A stretch of DNA of 63,571 nt, counting the filler, from Reclinomonas americana ATCC 50394 (Eukaryota), in assembly GCA_048213135.1 (NCBI GenBank). It is 7 parts of 7 records of this genome, joined end to end, with 100 filler letters (N's around TTAATTAATTAA, not from the genome) between each part and the next. Parts side by side here need not be neighbours in the genome. Positions count along the whole stretch, not along the records: positions 1 to 27,380 come from AFZH01019576.1; 6 more parts are not named here. The stretch is one strand, 5' to 3'. Numbering within the stretch: the stretch's first letter is position 1; each line of letters opens with the position of its first letter. The notes under the pieces were generated by a model that was not told the DNA's origin, made no database searches, and saw only the letters and a list, made by a program, of their open reading frames with translations. Made by a program: the position numbers and the translations under genes. Shown here one piece after another: positions 1 to 11,705 of the stretch.

Positions 1-3000
1 TTGCCGCGAGAGTTCATCTTTCCAATTGTCGACTTGGCCATGGGAGAACATCATGTTGTATTCCTCGCCGGTCAGTCACGTTCTCCATCCACTCTTTCTC
101 TCTTAGTGTGTGAGAGGCTTAATTCCGAGTGAGAGGCGCAGACTGTAAGCGCAACGTGTTTGGCATTGGGAATGGATCACGCGGGCAGCTTGGTGTCGGA
201 GGCTTCCCACTCGAGGCCTTTCAGGACGCACAAAGGTTCTCTCTTCTCTCCATTACCCTCTCCTTCTCCTTCTCTCTCTGATCGCTCCGTTGCCTCGCAG
301 AGCATTTCTGCTGGAGCGCATCCGCTTTGTCAAGGTGGCCTGCGGAACGCACCACACAGTGTGTCTGAGCGAGCTCGGTGGTGTGTACAGCTGCGGCGAC
401 AATAGCCGTGGTCAGCTTGGTCATGGGAATTTGGAGGATCTAGGAGTGCTGCGTCCGGTGACCGAGCTGCAGGAGCAGGAAGTGCGCATGACGGCGGTGT
501 ACTGTGGCCCCAAGTTCACCGTGGCTATTGATCGTGCGTCGCTGTCTGTGTGTGTGGCCCAAGTGTTGGTGTTGTCGCTGAAGAGGGTGGCTGGCGGCAG
601 AGAGCGGTATGTTGTGGGGCTTTGGCGACACCGAGTACCGGCATGTGTATGTGGAGGAGCAGACGCCGTCGCACTTGTTGTCGCGACCACGGCGACTCGA
701 TACGAGTCGCTACGTCGAGTCTCCGTTCCTGCAGGTGGCCTTCTCCGAGGCCATGGCCGTGGGTCTCACGGCCGACGGCAATGTGTGGGTGTGGGGCACG
801 AATTCCAAGGGAGGTGTGCTGCCACCCACCCGCTTGTCACAGTGCCGTGATCTGCAACTGGTGCAGCTCGTGGCTGGCGAGTCGCACTTTGTTGGATTGA
901 CCAGTTGTGTGTTCTTGTCGCGTCGCCCATGCTTGCCCTTGCACTCATTGACGACCCGCAGAATCCGGCACGGTGGTGGTGTGGGGCGAGAGCCAGCGTG
1001 GTGCTCTCGGGCTCGAATCGGATCCCGCAGTGCGGCATCCGTCGTACACCAAGCGACCGACGCCCACCGAGGTGGATGGCCTCCCTCACCCCGCCGCCAT
1101 GATTGGCGCCGGTGGCTCAGTCACCTGGGCGCTGCTCTGTGCGTCGCCGTGCCTGTTTAGTTGGCATTTCTTACACACACACACTAACTCCTGTACACAG
1201 CCGACGGAACGTTGTGGTGGTGGGGAGCAGCTGGCGACGGCACACCGTTTACGAATTTCGCCCCCGTGTCGGCCCGGCCACCGCTCGAGTTGTCACCGAT
1301 GGCCGACGTACAAGTGATGCGGACATACGGCTCGTGCATTCTGTTTGCTGTTGGTGCTCCGTTTTCATGTTCATGCACCGCTGCGCGTGATCCGTGGACA
1401 GAAATCAATGTTGCGCACTCGTGTGTGCTTGTGCCTCCCCCGCTGTGCGCTGCGTTGCTCACCGCCCTGCGTAGGATGAGAGTGCCGGAGGGCCGGGTGC
1501 GTCACTCGAAGCAACCCTCGAGCGACTCGGCCTGCCGGACCTGCGCAAGGCCGCAGGAGCCCCGCGCTGGCCCAACATGGAAGACGCTGATGATGACAGC
1601 TGGATGCTGCCACAGGTGCGCTCGATTCGCGTGTGTGTGTGTGTGTGTGTGACTCGGCCTCCACGCGCCACTCACGACTGTGTTGCAGGACGGCACGCCT
1701 GCACCAACTCGCCTGCAGCGCGAGGCACCGTCAGAACCCGTGGATACCGACATGGCCATGACGGAAGATGAGGCGGCGCAGTACCGTTCGCCACATGAGG
1801 TGCGTACCGTGCGTTCGCTGCGGCGACGAGATTGACATTTCCATTCACGAGCTGCTGTGGTGTGCGCGTAGTTTGCACGGCAGCAGCCGTACTCGGACGA
1901 CTTTATGGAGACCGATGACCCTTTTGCTCTCAAGCCGTTCCGATTGCACGAAGAGGGAGCGAGTGGCAGTGCTGCTGCCGCTGTTGGTGCAGGAGGACCT
2001 TTTGCCTCGGCCGCTGCACCGTCGCCGGAAATTCAGCAGCAGCTATTGCAATTACAACAGATGCAGATGCTGGCGGCGCAGTTCTTCCCCCGTGATGCTC
2101 ACGGCCAGCTGATGCCACCACCTGGTATGACGGCCGAGCAGTTCGCCTTGTTCTTCCGGCCACCGGTAATACACGATCCCGTCACCGGTGCACCAGTGCC
2201 ATTGTCGGCGGCCTCGATGCATTCACTCGGCGGCGCGGCCGCACAGTATCCGCAGGTACAGTTCTCCCATATTGTGTGCGGCTGTGATGAATGGATGCGT
2301 GACTTGCACTGTCACAGATGCTCGGCACACCCGGCTTGTCACCCATCCCGCCACACTCGGTTGCGTGCACCAACCGAGCGCATGTGTGTGTGTGTGTGTT
2401 TGCGCGCCACACAGTTTGATGCTCATCTCTCTTTCCACGCAGGCGGCATCGGCGGCATCGGCGGCATCTGCTGTCATGGCGTTGCAGGTTTGGCGCACGA
2501 AGAGTGTGGTGAGAAGCAAACATTGTCAGTCGCCTCACCACTCCGTATCGTAGCAATCGATGATGAACTCGGCCGCCAGTGGATCGCCCGCCGCTGCATT
2601 TGGTGCGATGGACTCGCCTGCCAGTCTCGCTGGCAGTATGGCGGCGGGTGCGACGGGCGCACTGGCACCGCTGCCGGGCGCTCCCTCAATGTCACCTGGA
2701 GCGACGTCGGCAGCCGCGAGTGGTGGCAGTGGCGGCGGTGCTCACGTGCCACCGATGGCGGCAGCGTCGTCACGACAGCATGCCATTGGCGGACACTTCA
2801 TGTCGCTGGCCAGCAGTCGAAGTATTCCGACCGAGGCTGCCGGCGCGTCGATGGCCGGCAGTATGCCCGGCTCGCCGCACTCGGTGGCCAGCGGACCCTT
2901 CAAACCCATCGAATTCGATCCCAACTCGTTGCAGAGTGCCGCCGATCAAGCGTGCGTCACAAACTCTCCTTCGCCTCTTCCTCACTTGCCATTCACACTC

Positions 3001-6000
3001 CGGCCGTATTTGCGTCACAGTGCCGCGGAAGTTGAACTTCGTCGACAGATGGAGGATCACGAAGCGCGCAAGCGCAAGCTTGAGGAGGCTGCAGATCTCG
3101 ACCGCACGGAACAGCAGCAACTGGAGGATCGAAAATGGAAGCGTGAGATGGAGGACATGCAACGAGAGAAGGAGCTCGCTCAGCGTAAGGCCGCTGCCGA
3201 AGAGGAGGCCGCGCGCGCCGATCAAGAACGCAATCGCCTGCGCGATGAGGAGGACAGGAAACTGGCTGCTGCGTTGGAGGAGAAGAAGCGCTTATTAGCT
3301 GCCGAAGATGCGCGGCTGGCCGACGAGTTGCGCAAGAAACGAGAGGCCGAAGAGCAGGCGCTGGCCGCTCGCACGGCGCAAATGAGTGCCGCCGAGGAGG
3401 CGCAACTGCGTGCAGAGATGGCGCGGCGGCGAGAGGAGGAAGACAGACTGGAGCGCGAGCGCCGTGAGCAGCTGAAACGGCAAGCCGAAGAAGAGGAGGC
3501 ACGAGTGCTTGCCGAGGCCGCTCGGCGCCGTGAGGAGGAGGATCGTGCAATCCGTGAAGAGGCGGAGCGGAAACGACAAGAGCTGTTGCAGCGTGAGAAG
3601 GCCGAGGAGGAGGAGCGGCGTCGTGTGCGGGCCGAGCAGGATGCGGCAGAGGAGGCGGAGCGTGCGGCGCGGAGACAGGCCGCCGATGGTGAGTGAGCCT
3701 GTGCCTTTTCGTGTCTTCTGTGTAATGTGTTGTTGACACCCGACGATTGTTTCAACTCACACAGAGGCGGAGGCAACACTGGCACGGGAGCGCGAAGAAA
3801 AGAGGCGATCAGAGGATGCGGCTCTGGAGGCCGAGCGCGCTCGCCGCAAGGCTGAACTTGAGGAGAACGAGCAGCGAACGGAGGAAGAGCGCGCAGCAAA
3901 GCGGGCGCTTGACGACAAAATGGAAGCGGAGGAGCGCGAGCGTCGCAAGAAGCAGCTGGAGGAGGAGGAGAAGGCTACACGCGCGAAACGCGAGAAGGAG
4001 CTGGAGGACGCGCGACTGCGTGAAATCGAGGAGCGGAAGCGGCGACAGGAGCAGGACGAGGCCGAACGAAAGGCCCGCGCCGAGTTGGAGGAGCTGGAGA
4101 AGGCGCAGCGGTCGCAAAAGGCCGAGGAAGATCGCCGTTGCGTTCATGCACCGCCTCGCAGGATGCGTTGCCTGCCTTGTTTACCTCTTGTTTTGCAGTG
4201 GAGAGAGAACGGGAGGAGCGTGCAGAGCGCGCGAGGCGTGTGGCGGAGGATGAGGAGCAGCGGCGAAAGTTACGCGAGGCCAAAGAGGAGAAAACTCGTC
4301 GACTGCTGGAGGGTGCACGCGAACCGTCCAAAGCTGTGGCCTCGATGGCACCACCACCTCCCGGATCGCTGTACATGTGGTTCTTTGGCGAAGACTTGTC
4401 GCTGTCACAGGATGCACGTGCACCTGCGTTGTGCGAGCCGAAACAGCTCATGGGTTCCGACTACAATGTGGTGTTGGCGGCGGCTGGTCCGCGGTTCATG
4501 GCGCTGGTGACGGACTTGGGTCACTTGCTGACGTGGGGACGCGGTGACTGCTCGTGTCTCGGACATGCCACCACGAATGACATTTTGGGACCGGCACGTG
4601 TGCAGTTTGATGGTGTTCCACCGCCGTCGCCACGTAGCTTGGAGCGCTCACAAGACGATGTGTTTGGCGACGAGAGGTTTGGAAAGCGCACGGTGGCGCC
4701 GGTGAACACTTCGCGCGTGCCGCATGTGATTGACGTATCGTGTGGATCGTCACACATTGTGTGCGTGGACAGTAACGGTTATGTGTACTCGTGGGGCAAG
4801 GGTGACAATGGTGAGCTTGGACTCGGGATTGGATCGCTGTTGGTGCCGACTCCGCGTCGAGTGACATTTCCCCCTCTGTCGGGTGTGCGACCGCGCATGA
4901 AAATGGTGGCATGCGGCTGGAATCACACTGTGGTGGTGTCAGATCGCAACGAGGTGTGGACATGGGGTCTCGGCAAGTTTGGTTCTCTCGGCAATGGTGC
5001 CACGCGCAATGCCTACGATCCGCTTCGTATCACTCTCTTTGAGGAGGGCGACGAGGGCGTGATTGTCGACGTTCGTTGCGGCCGCAACCACGTTCTTGTA
5101 CTCACCGGTTTGTCGGTGATCGTGGTCGTATATGGTCACAGCTTTCTCTGAAAAAAAGTGTGTACGTTTGGCAGAGGACGGCCGTGTGTTTGCCTGGGGT
5201 CACAATTCGAACGGCCAGATTGGCCTCTCCGTGCCACCAGGTGGCAATACGCCAGGCCCGCCAGACGGCAGTGGCACACCTGCGCCGCCACCATCTGCAG
5301 TGCGTCTCTCTCTTCGCATCCATGCACTTCGTGTTGACTGACCCTTTTGCACCCACTGCAGGCTGCTACCGCCGCCATGCCAGCGCAGTACAATTCACCC
5401 ATCCAGTTGCACTTTTTCCGCGGCAAGCACGTATGCGGCATTGCTGCGGGATCACAACACTCGGTCGCACTCAACGGTGGAGTGGGCATCGCTTCTCGCC
5501 CCTTGTCGTCGCTCTCTACTCACTGTCGAGTGTCTGCGCGCAGTGTATGGTGACGTGTTTGCGTGGGGCTACGGAAACAGCGGACGTCTTGGTCTCGGTG
5601 ACTCCAAGGACCGCAGCCAACCGACCCCTGTCCCCTTCCCGACTGGTGAGCGCGTCATTCGCGTGTCGTCGGGCCCAAGTGCATTCCACACACTGGCCGT
5701 GAGCGAGTCGGGCCGCGTGTACTCGTGGGGCAATGGTGCATTTGGGCAGCTGGGCCAAGGCGACAGTTTCAATGTCAAGATTCCCGCAGTCGTCGATGCG
5801 CTGCCAGCCAACATTCTCGTCAGCACCTTTGCGTGCGGACAGCGAGTGACGTTTGCGGCACAAAGTTGCGTGCCTTGCATTATCAAATCGACTCTCGTCT
5901 GCAGCTTACCGTGCAATGTACTTTGCAGGTCTGCATGGTGGTCAGCCGAATCCCGCCGCCTCCATGGACACGGGTCGCTCCACGCGACGCACATCGGCCT

Positions 6001-7638
6001 TCCTCCTCGACGATTCGTACTCGTATGCCACCGCACGATCCGTCATGTCGCCGCAGTCGGCCACGACACCTCGTGCGGGAGTCATTGAGAAGGAATTCGA
6101 GTACACGATGAGGAAGCTGGAGGTGAGCGCAGATTGTGTACGGCTGTGGTGATTCTGCAGACATGGTTGCGCTGACTTGTCGATGCGGCAGGAAACACGG
6201 CGTGCGCTGGAGGATGCGCTGACAAAGAACACGGTGCTTGAGCAAGAACACAATCAATTGCACTCTCGCGACCTCGACGAACTGTCGCACAAGGAACTGG
6301 AGCGCATCGAGCAGGTGCACTTTGAGGGACTGGTGGAGGTGGCCAAGAAGAAGGTTTGTGTCGCTGTGCTTCTCTCGTCTTCCCAAAGGGTTGATTCTTA
6401 CGGGGCGTGCAGACGGACAAGTACATGGAGCTCATCAAGCGCAAGGAGGAGGGTCTCAAGGCCGAAGTGGAGGACCGCTACGCCAAGCTGTCGGAGGTGC
6501 TGAAGCAGCGAGAGCGCAAGCTGCACGGCGAATTCAACAAGGCGCGCAAGCTCCACGAGGAACTGAACGTTTTGGTCAAGGACCGGAAGCGCGAGTTGCA
6601 GGTACGGCTCGTTGCCCGTGTCGCCTTTTGCGATTCGACGCATCATCGTTCCCTAACTGTATGCACAGCTTCAAATCGAGCGCCTCGACCGCAAGTACGT
6701 GGCCGACGACGCTGTGGCACGGCAGGAAAAGGAGATTGCCGAACTGCGGCGTGCGATGGTGGAGGTGAGGGCGCCATTGCGGTTGTGCTTTGTGACATGT
6801 CTCTCAACCTGTGTCGCAGATGGAGCCGGAGACGCTGCGAATGGAAAAAGAGGTGGTGGAGAAGCGCAAAGAGAGCAAGCGGCGTGAACGCCTGCTAGTG
6901 CGCATGCAGGATATGTACGCGTACTACCACGAGCGCGTCTCCGAGATGGCCGGCATCAATGCACCAGAGACGCCAGTGCCGACGCAGATGAACAAGTTTG
7001 TCGAATGGTTCCCCAAGCATTTCAAGAAATTCCGCACCCAGTTTCGTGTGCAGTAGTCCTGTTTCCCTCAATGACACGTCCCCTCACCGCCTTTGTGCAC
7101 ACACAGCAAAATGTCGCGCAAGGCCTTTGCCGATTTCAAAGAGTCGGCTCTTGGCAAGATCCGCGAGGCCAAGCAGCGCGCTGCTACCGCAGCCGCTGCA
7201 GCAGCCGAATCCGCACGTAGCGAGAGTCTGCTGTCGCCTGTTTCCGCACCGGATGGCATGGCTTCGCCGCCGCCGCACCCCTCCGGTTCACCTTCGCCCG
7301 TTCCCAGCGGAGCATCGCCTGCCTCGAGTGGGCGCGAGGATCGTCGTCGACGTCGACAGGCCGCCATGTCCATGGACGTGGTGGAAGATGCTGACCGCCT
7401 GACACGCTCCACGGCCAGTCCAAGTCCCGGACCCAACGACAGTGCACGTGACATTGCAGCGTCGCCCGTGCCCATTGCTGGCCGACGCAGTTCATTACCG
7501 CGTTCGTCCTCGGTGGCCGACTCGGCCGGATCACCATCGTCGCCGACCGGAGCGCGGCGTGGTGAGCTGAGCCCGGTGCCGGCAGGATCTAGTCGTCGAG
7601 CACTAATATCACCCAAATCCCCACCGCGGAAAAAGTGA
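1..7638 (+). CDS. Large RCC1-repeat protein (5' partial, multi-exon): N-terminal RCC1 propeller, low-complexity linker, long E/R/K-rich helix, second RCC1 propeller, coiled coil, S/P-rich tail
   Basis: Spliced exons give RCC1 repeats (VACGTHHTVCLSELGGVYSCGDNSRGQLGHG; VSCGSSHIVCVDSNGYVYSWGKGDNGELGLG; VACGWNHTVVVSDRNEVWTWGLGKFGSLGNG; FHTLAVSESGRVYSWGNGAFGQLGQG). GT-AG introns keep the frame. TGA at 7636-7638. Confidence 0.85.
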
Positions 7639-7665
7639 TTTGAGCACTTCATGAATATCGACCTT

Positions 7666-10600
7666 TTAAGTCATGTATTCATACACGACGGGGCCCGGGC
7701 CAGGCCTTCGCTGCAGGTACTCTTTGGTGATGAGCACTGCAATTTGCTCGACCACCTTGGTCGCCGCGGGCAAGAATTGTGATCGAAGCTGTGCAACCGG
7801 TCAAACCCTGCTCAACGCTGTTCAGCATCAACTCTCTGCACGCAACAGTTTCAATCACGGCGAGCACGAGTTCCTTGTGTTCCAACTGGCGTCGTGCTTT
7901 CATCACACGGACAATGGCGGCCTGGATCTGTGCGAGTAACAGCTATCGGTGAGTGCCTCTCACTAGTTTACCATGCATCGGTCGTAAACGCAACAATATA
8001 CTTGCGCCGCTCCTCAGTTCGCTTGTGTACCTCGGCGTTGGCCGAGTCGAAGGCAATCTTGCGCTTGATGGACAGCGTCTGCTTGTCCTTTTTCTTGGAG
8101 GTGTATGCCGAGTTGACAGCGAGGCGATCTTGCAAGCGATTCGCCTGCACCGGTGCCAGAAAACGGTCAGCATGCAGAGAGTGCGCAGCGACACCCGCGG
8201 CAACAAACCCCAGGTGCAGTGTCGACCACCACCAACAACTTGGCTCTGCACAGGAACTTGACGAACATGTTAAAGAGGGTGGCGTCCAACAGGCCACTCT
8301 CCCGAAACACATCGTCCGCACTGTGAACAGGAGGAGAAGGGTCATGAAAAGAGGTGAACTGACACACCAGTTTCTGATATGGGGAGACTCACAGCATCGG
8401 TACGTCCTCTTCGACGCGCTCAAACGGCAGCAGCACGCTCAACAGCTGCGGTGTCATGACAAAGACATATGTCTTGCGCATGTCCAGACGCGGCATGAAG
8501 GCGACTTCCACGGTGCCGCGAGACGACAAGAAGTGCAGCATGCGGCCATTGTGATTTGCCGCGTACATTCGGTCAAACTCATTTCTGCTGTTCTCCATCG
8601 GCACCGAGCACAGGACGCTGCCATGCGCGACAGATTAGCACAAAACGCAATCAGTGGCGACACATAAGTGGGAAGTGCGTACCGTGAGGTTTCCACCTCG
8701 CGTGGCCACAGCGAACGCTCAATGACAATGACGGTGAGATCGACCAGTGCACGACTCTGCAACACAACACGTCAGTGACGCAGGAGACGCAAGTCGCACG
8801 TCACCGCCCAGTACCTTGTCTTTCCGCATGAGTTTCTTCAGCTCGTCTCCTTCTGCCTTGCCGCGAACAACGTCGTGGAACAATTTGCGGATCTTGTCCG
8901 CGAAGCTGGGCCCAAAGGTCATCTGTTGTGCTCATGGGGTCAGCACCTCGTCACACACACACAAAAGGAGCATACGAAAACTGCGTACCGTCAGCTGGTT
9001 CACCACCATCGCCTCGTTGTCCATATTTGCGCCACGTTCCACGATGCGATCGGCCAGTTGTCGGCGATAAAACTCTTCAAACACATCGCGATCGTCGAGG
9101 TGCTCCAGAAACTGGAACGCGGCTGTCACACGTGGAACCACGATCTGTCGCACGCACGGGGATCAGAGACGAGGAAATAGGGAACAACCCCGGAGCAGCC
9201 ACGACCCAACCTCGTACGCTGGATCCTTCTCCCGCGTGCTCAGCTGCAAGTGCATGTAATGCGCCAGGTACTGCGAGGCGGCTGCGCTGAAGCGGCTCAA
9301 AATCTCCTTCAGCATCTCAAGTTCCAACTCTTCGTACTCTGGCCGGCGGAGCGCATCCTTGCACAGTACACGCTGATTCTCGTGGTATTCAAGCAATGCC
9401 TGTCGGCGATATCAGCGGTATGAGAAACTGGAATACCGTGTCCTTCGGGTCTCCGCTTGGTTACACGCACCTCCACAAAGGCTGTTGCTTGTGCTTCGCC
9501 TTCAGCGGCCTCCACGCGCGCCACCACTGCCGGACCCGCCACCTCTTCCAGGAACTGCTGGTACATCTGTTGGGCCATTGCAGCGCCGTTGGGAATACTG
9601 CGGTCCGGTGTGGGACAATGAAAAAATGAGCAGACGAGACTCGAACAACAGGCACGGCACGACATGCACGCACGTCTCCAGCAGACGGACGAGTTCACCG
9701 AGAGGACCGCACTGGCGAGTGTGCATGAGGAAGAAGATGCCCGTGTCCATCTGCGTGCGACGGTGAGTCGCAGTATCATTGGCACAGCACACGACGCACT
9801 GCGGCACCGCAACTGTCTTGAGTGTATCCAAGTGTTGCACCAGCAGCTCATCAATCAGGATGCGGAGCACTTTCGGTACGGTGTCTCTTTGGAAGCTGCG
9901 CGTGGCAAACGTGCTCTCGCTTCTCTGCAGCTTCGACACCCATTCCACGTACCGCACGGCATCGCAGCTGCCCAGCATCTCCTGCGACATGCGTCTGTAC
10001 GAATGCCGTGCATCCTCCAGCATTGGCGTCTGCAGCAGCAGCGAGCACGGAAACGGTGGTGTCAACACGCTGACCAGAACGCCACACAGCACTCGTCACG
10101 GACCTCGAACAGATCCGTGTAAAAACGCACTCCGACCTCGCGCAACATCAACAGCACCTGCTGAAACGAGGTTTGATCGGCGATCTCGCCATTGCGCACC
10201 GCCAGTACTCGAGCCAGCAGCTCCTGCGACAAGGTGCGAGCCAGCTCATCGCCCAACAGCAGCGTCTCAAAGTGATGCAACCCTGCGCATACATAAGCTC
10301 CCTGGCGATAGATCGATCTGCGACAGAGTCAGATAAGAATGCATGCGCACCGAGAGCATAGACGGGCCGACAATCGCGTTGCGTGCGAACCCACTGGTCA
10401 TCCTGCACACCAACCCATCCACATGTTCAGCGCCTGACAACAACCTCAATGCAACCCGGCTGTCTGTCGACCACTTTACCAAGTACAACAATCCGCCTCG
10501 CATGCGCGACAACGAGTCGCGATAGCGCTTCCACATCACTGCCAGTGGCTGCAAATAGCCCGCGCGCTCTGTGGCCAACGACCTCACCACGGCCTCCACT

Positions 10601-10884
10601 TGTTCCTTCAGGAATTGACTCACGGCCTCATACAGCCGCTCGGCTTGTCGATCCACGCACAGCTGTGGTAAAGAGAGAGAGAGGGTGAGTGAGTGACTGA
10701 GTGGAGAGACACACAAGGCAGAGAACAGCGAGAGAGAGAGGAGAGGAGAGAGAGATACCATGTACGATGCACGATACAACTCCTCAAAGAGAACGTCGCA
10801 GCCTTGTTGCTGGAAGATGCGCTCCCACACGGTATGCAGCTTTGCAAAGAGCACCTCTGGCCTCTCTCGGCCACGACCTGCCAT
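7666..10884 (-). CDS. Cullin (divergent, cullin-3-like), multi-exon
   Basis: N-terminal LFEELYRASYM-LCVDRQAERLYEAV, cullin-homology segment FLEHLDDRDVFEEFYRRQLADRIV, neddylation motif IQAAIVRVMKARRQL, C-terminal LITKEYLQR...YEYMT*. Confidence 0.9.
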
Positions 10885-11034
10885 CGCGCTCTCAGGAAAG
10901 ACAACAAACGAAACACGGCCAGAGACACGACAAAATGACGACACGACGTTTCCCTTTTACTCTCTTACTCTCTATTCGTATGCATGCAAGTGTGTTGTGT
11001 GTATATATAGGCCGCGACAGAGACGAGCTCCGCC

Positions 11035-11655
11035 TCACGAGGTCGACTTGAGGAAGTTTCGTGAGCGAATAACGTCGCGATTGTCGAGCTTGAAGAAGCG
11101 CTTCTTCTGCTCCAGCGTCATTTGCTGGAACGAGATCGCCCGCAGCTCCTCCAGAGAGAGCGTCTGCGCCTCCACCAGCGCGCTCAGCCACTCGGGGTAC
11201 TCGTTGGTCGCCTTCACCGTTGGCACTGTGCGCGTCGAGGCAAAGTCGAGGCCTTTCACTGTGCAAAGAAGGAGAGTGAGAGTGGAGGGGGGAGGGAGAG
11301 GGAGAGAAGGGCAAAGGGGGAAGTGAGAGAGTGAGCAAAGAGGGAGACGAGGGAAGCGCACATTCATGCGTACTCTCACTCTCACGCAACTTGGTGCACC
11401 GACAGTCAACGTCTGTGCGCCTCCACTGCCTGCCGCCGCCTGCGAGCCTCCCGCCTCTCCTCCCGCTGCAGCCGCTGCTGCAGGCTTCTTTGCACCTGCG
11501 CCCTTGGGTGCGCCCTTGGCCGCGGGTGCTGCGGCCTTTGCAGCAGGCGCACCAGCAGCAGCAGCAGCAGGCGCCTTCCCGCCAGCTGCAGGCGCCGCGG
11601 CCTTCTCTGCGCGAGCGAGCACAGCAAGAACAGCGCGGCGCACGTGAGAGCTCAT
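11035..11655 (-). CDS. MRPL54: Mitochondrial ribosomal protein mL54 (L37/L54 family), 2 exons
   Basis: Presequence-like MSSHVRRAVLAVLAR, an A/K/G-rich linker, then KGLDFASTRTVPTVKATNEYPEWL and KRFFKLDNRDVIRSRNFLK, matching the EYPEWL and I..NF family motifs. Confidence 0.75.
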   Translation of the reverse strand: MSSHVRRAVLAVLARAEKAAAPAAGGKAPAAAAAGAPAAKAAAPAAKGAPKGAGAKKPAAAAAAGGEAGGSQAAAGSGGAQTLTVGAPSCVRVRVRMNVRFPRLPLCSLSHFPLCPSLPLPPPSTLTLLLCTVKGLDFASTRTVPTVKATNEYPEWLSALVEAQTLSLEELRAISFQQMTLEQKKRFFKLDNRDVIRSRNFLKSTS

Positions 11656-11705
11656 GAGTGCGTGTGAGTGTGTGTACAATGTGGCTCGCACTCTCTGTCA
11701 CGCAA

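Noticed and set aside
4137..4198. Non-canonical TT-AG introns (G|TTGCGT)
   Set aside because: Cutting after the G shifts the frame here and at the other sites tested; the GT cut preserves the conserved motifs.
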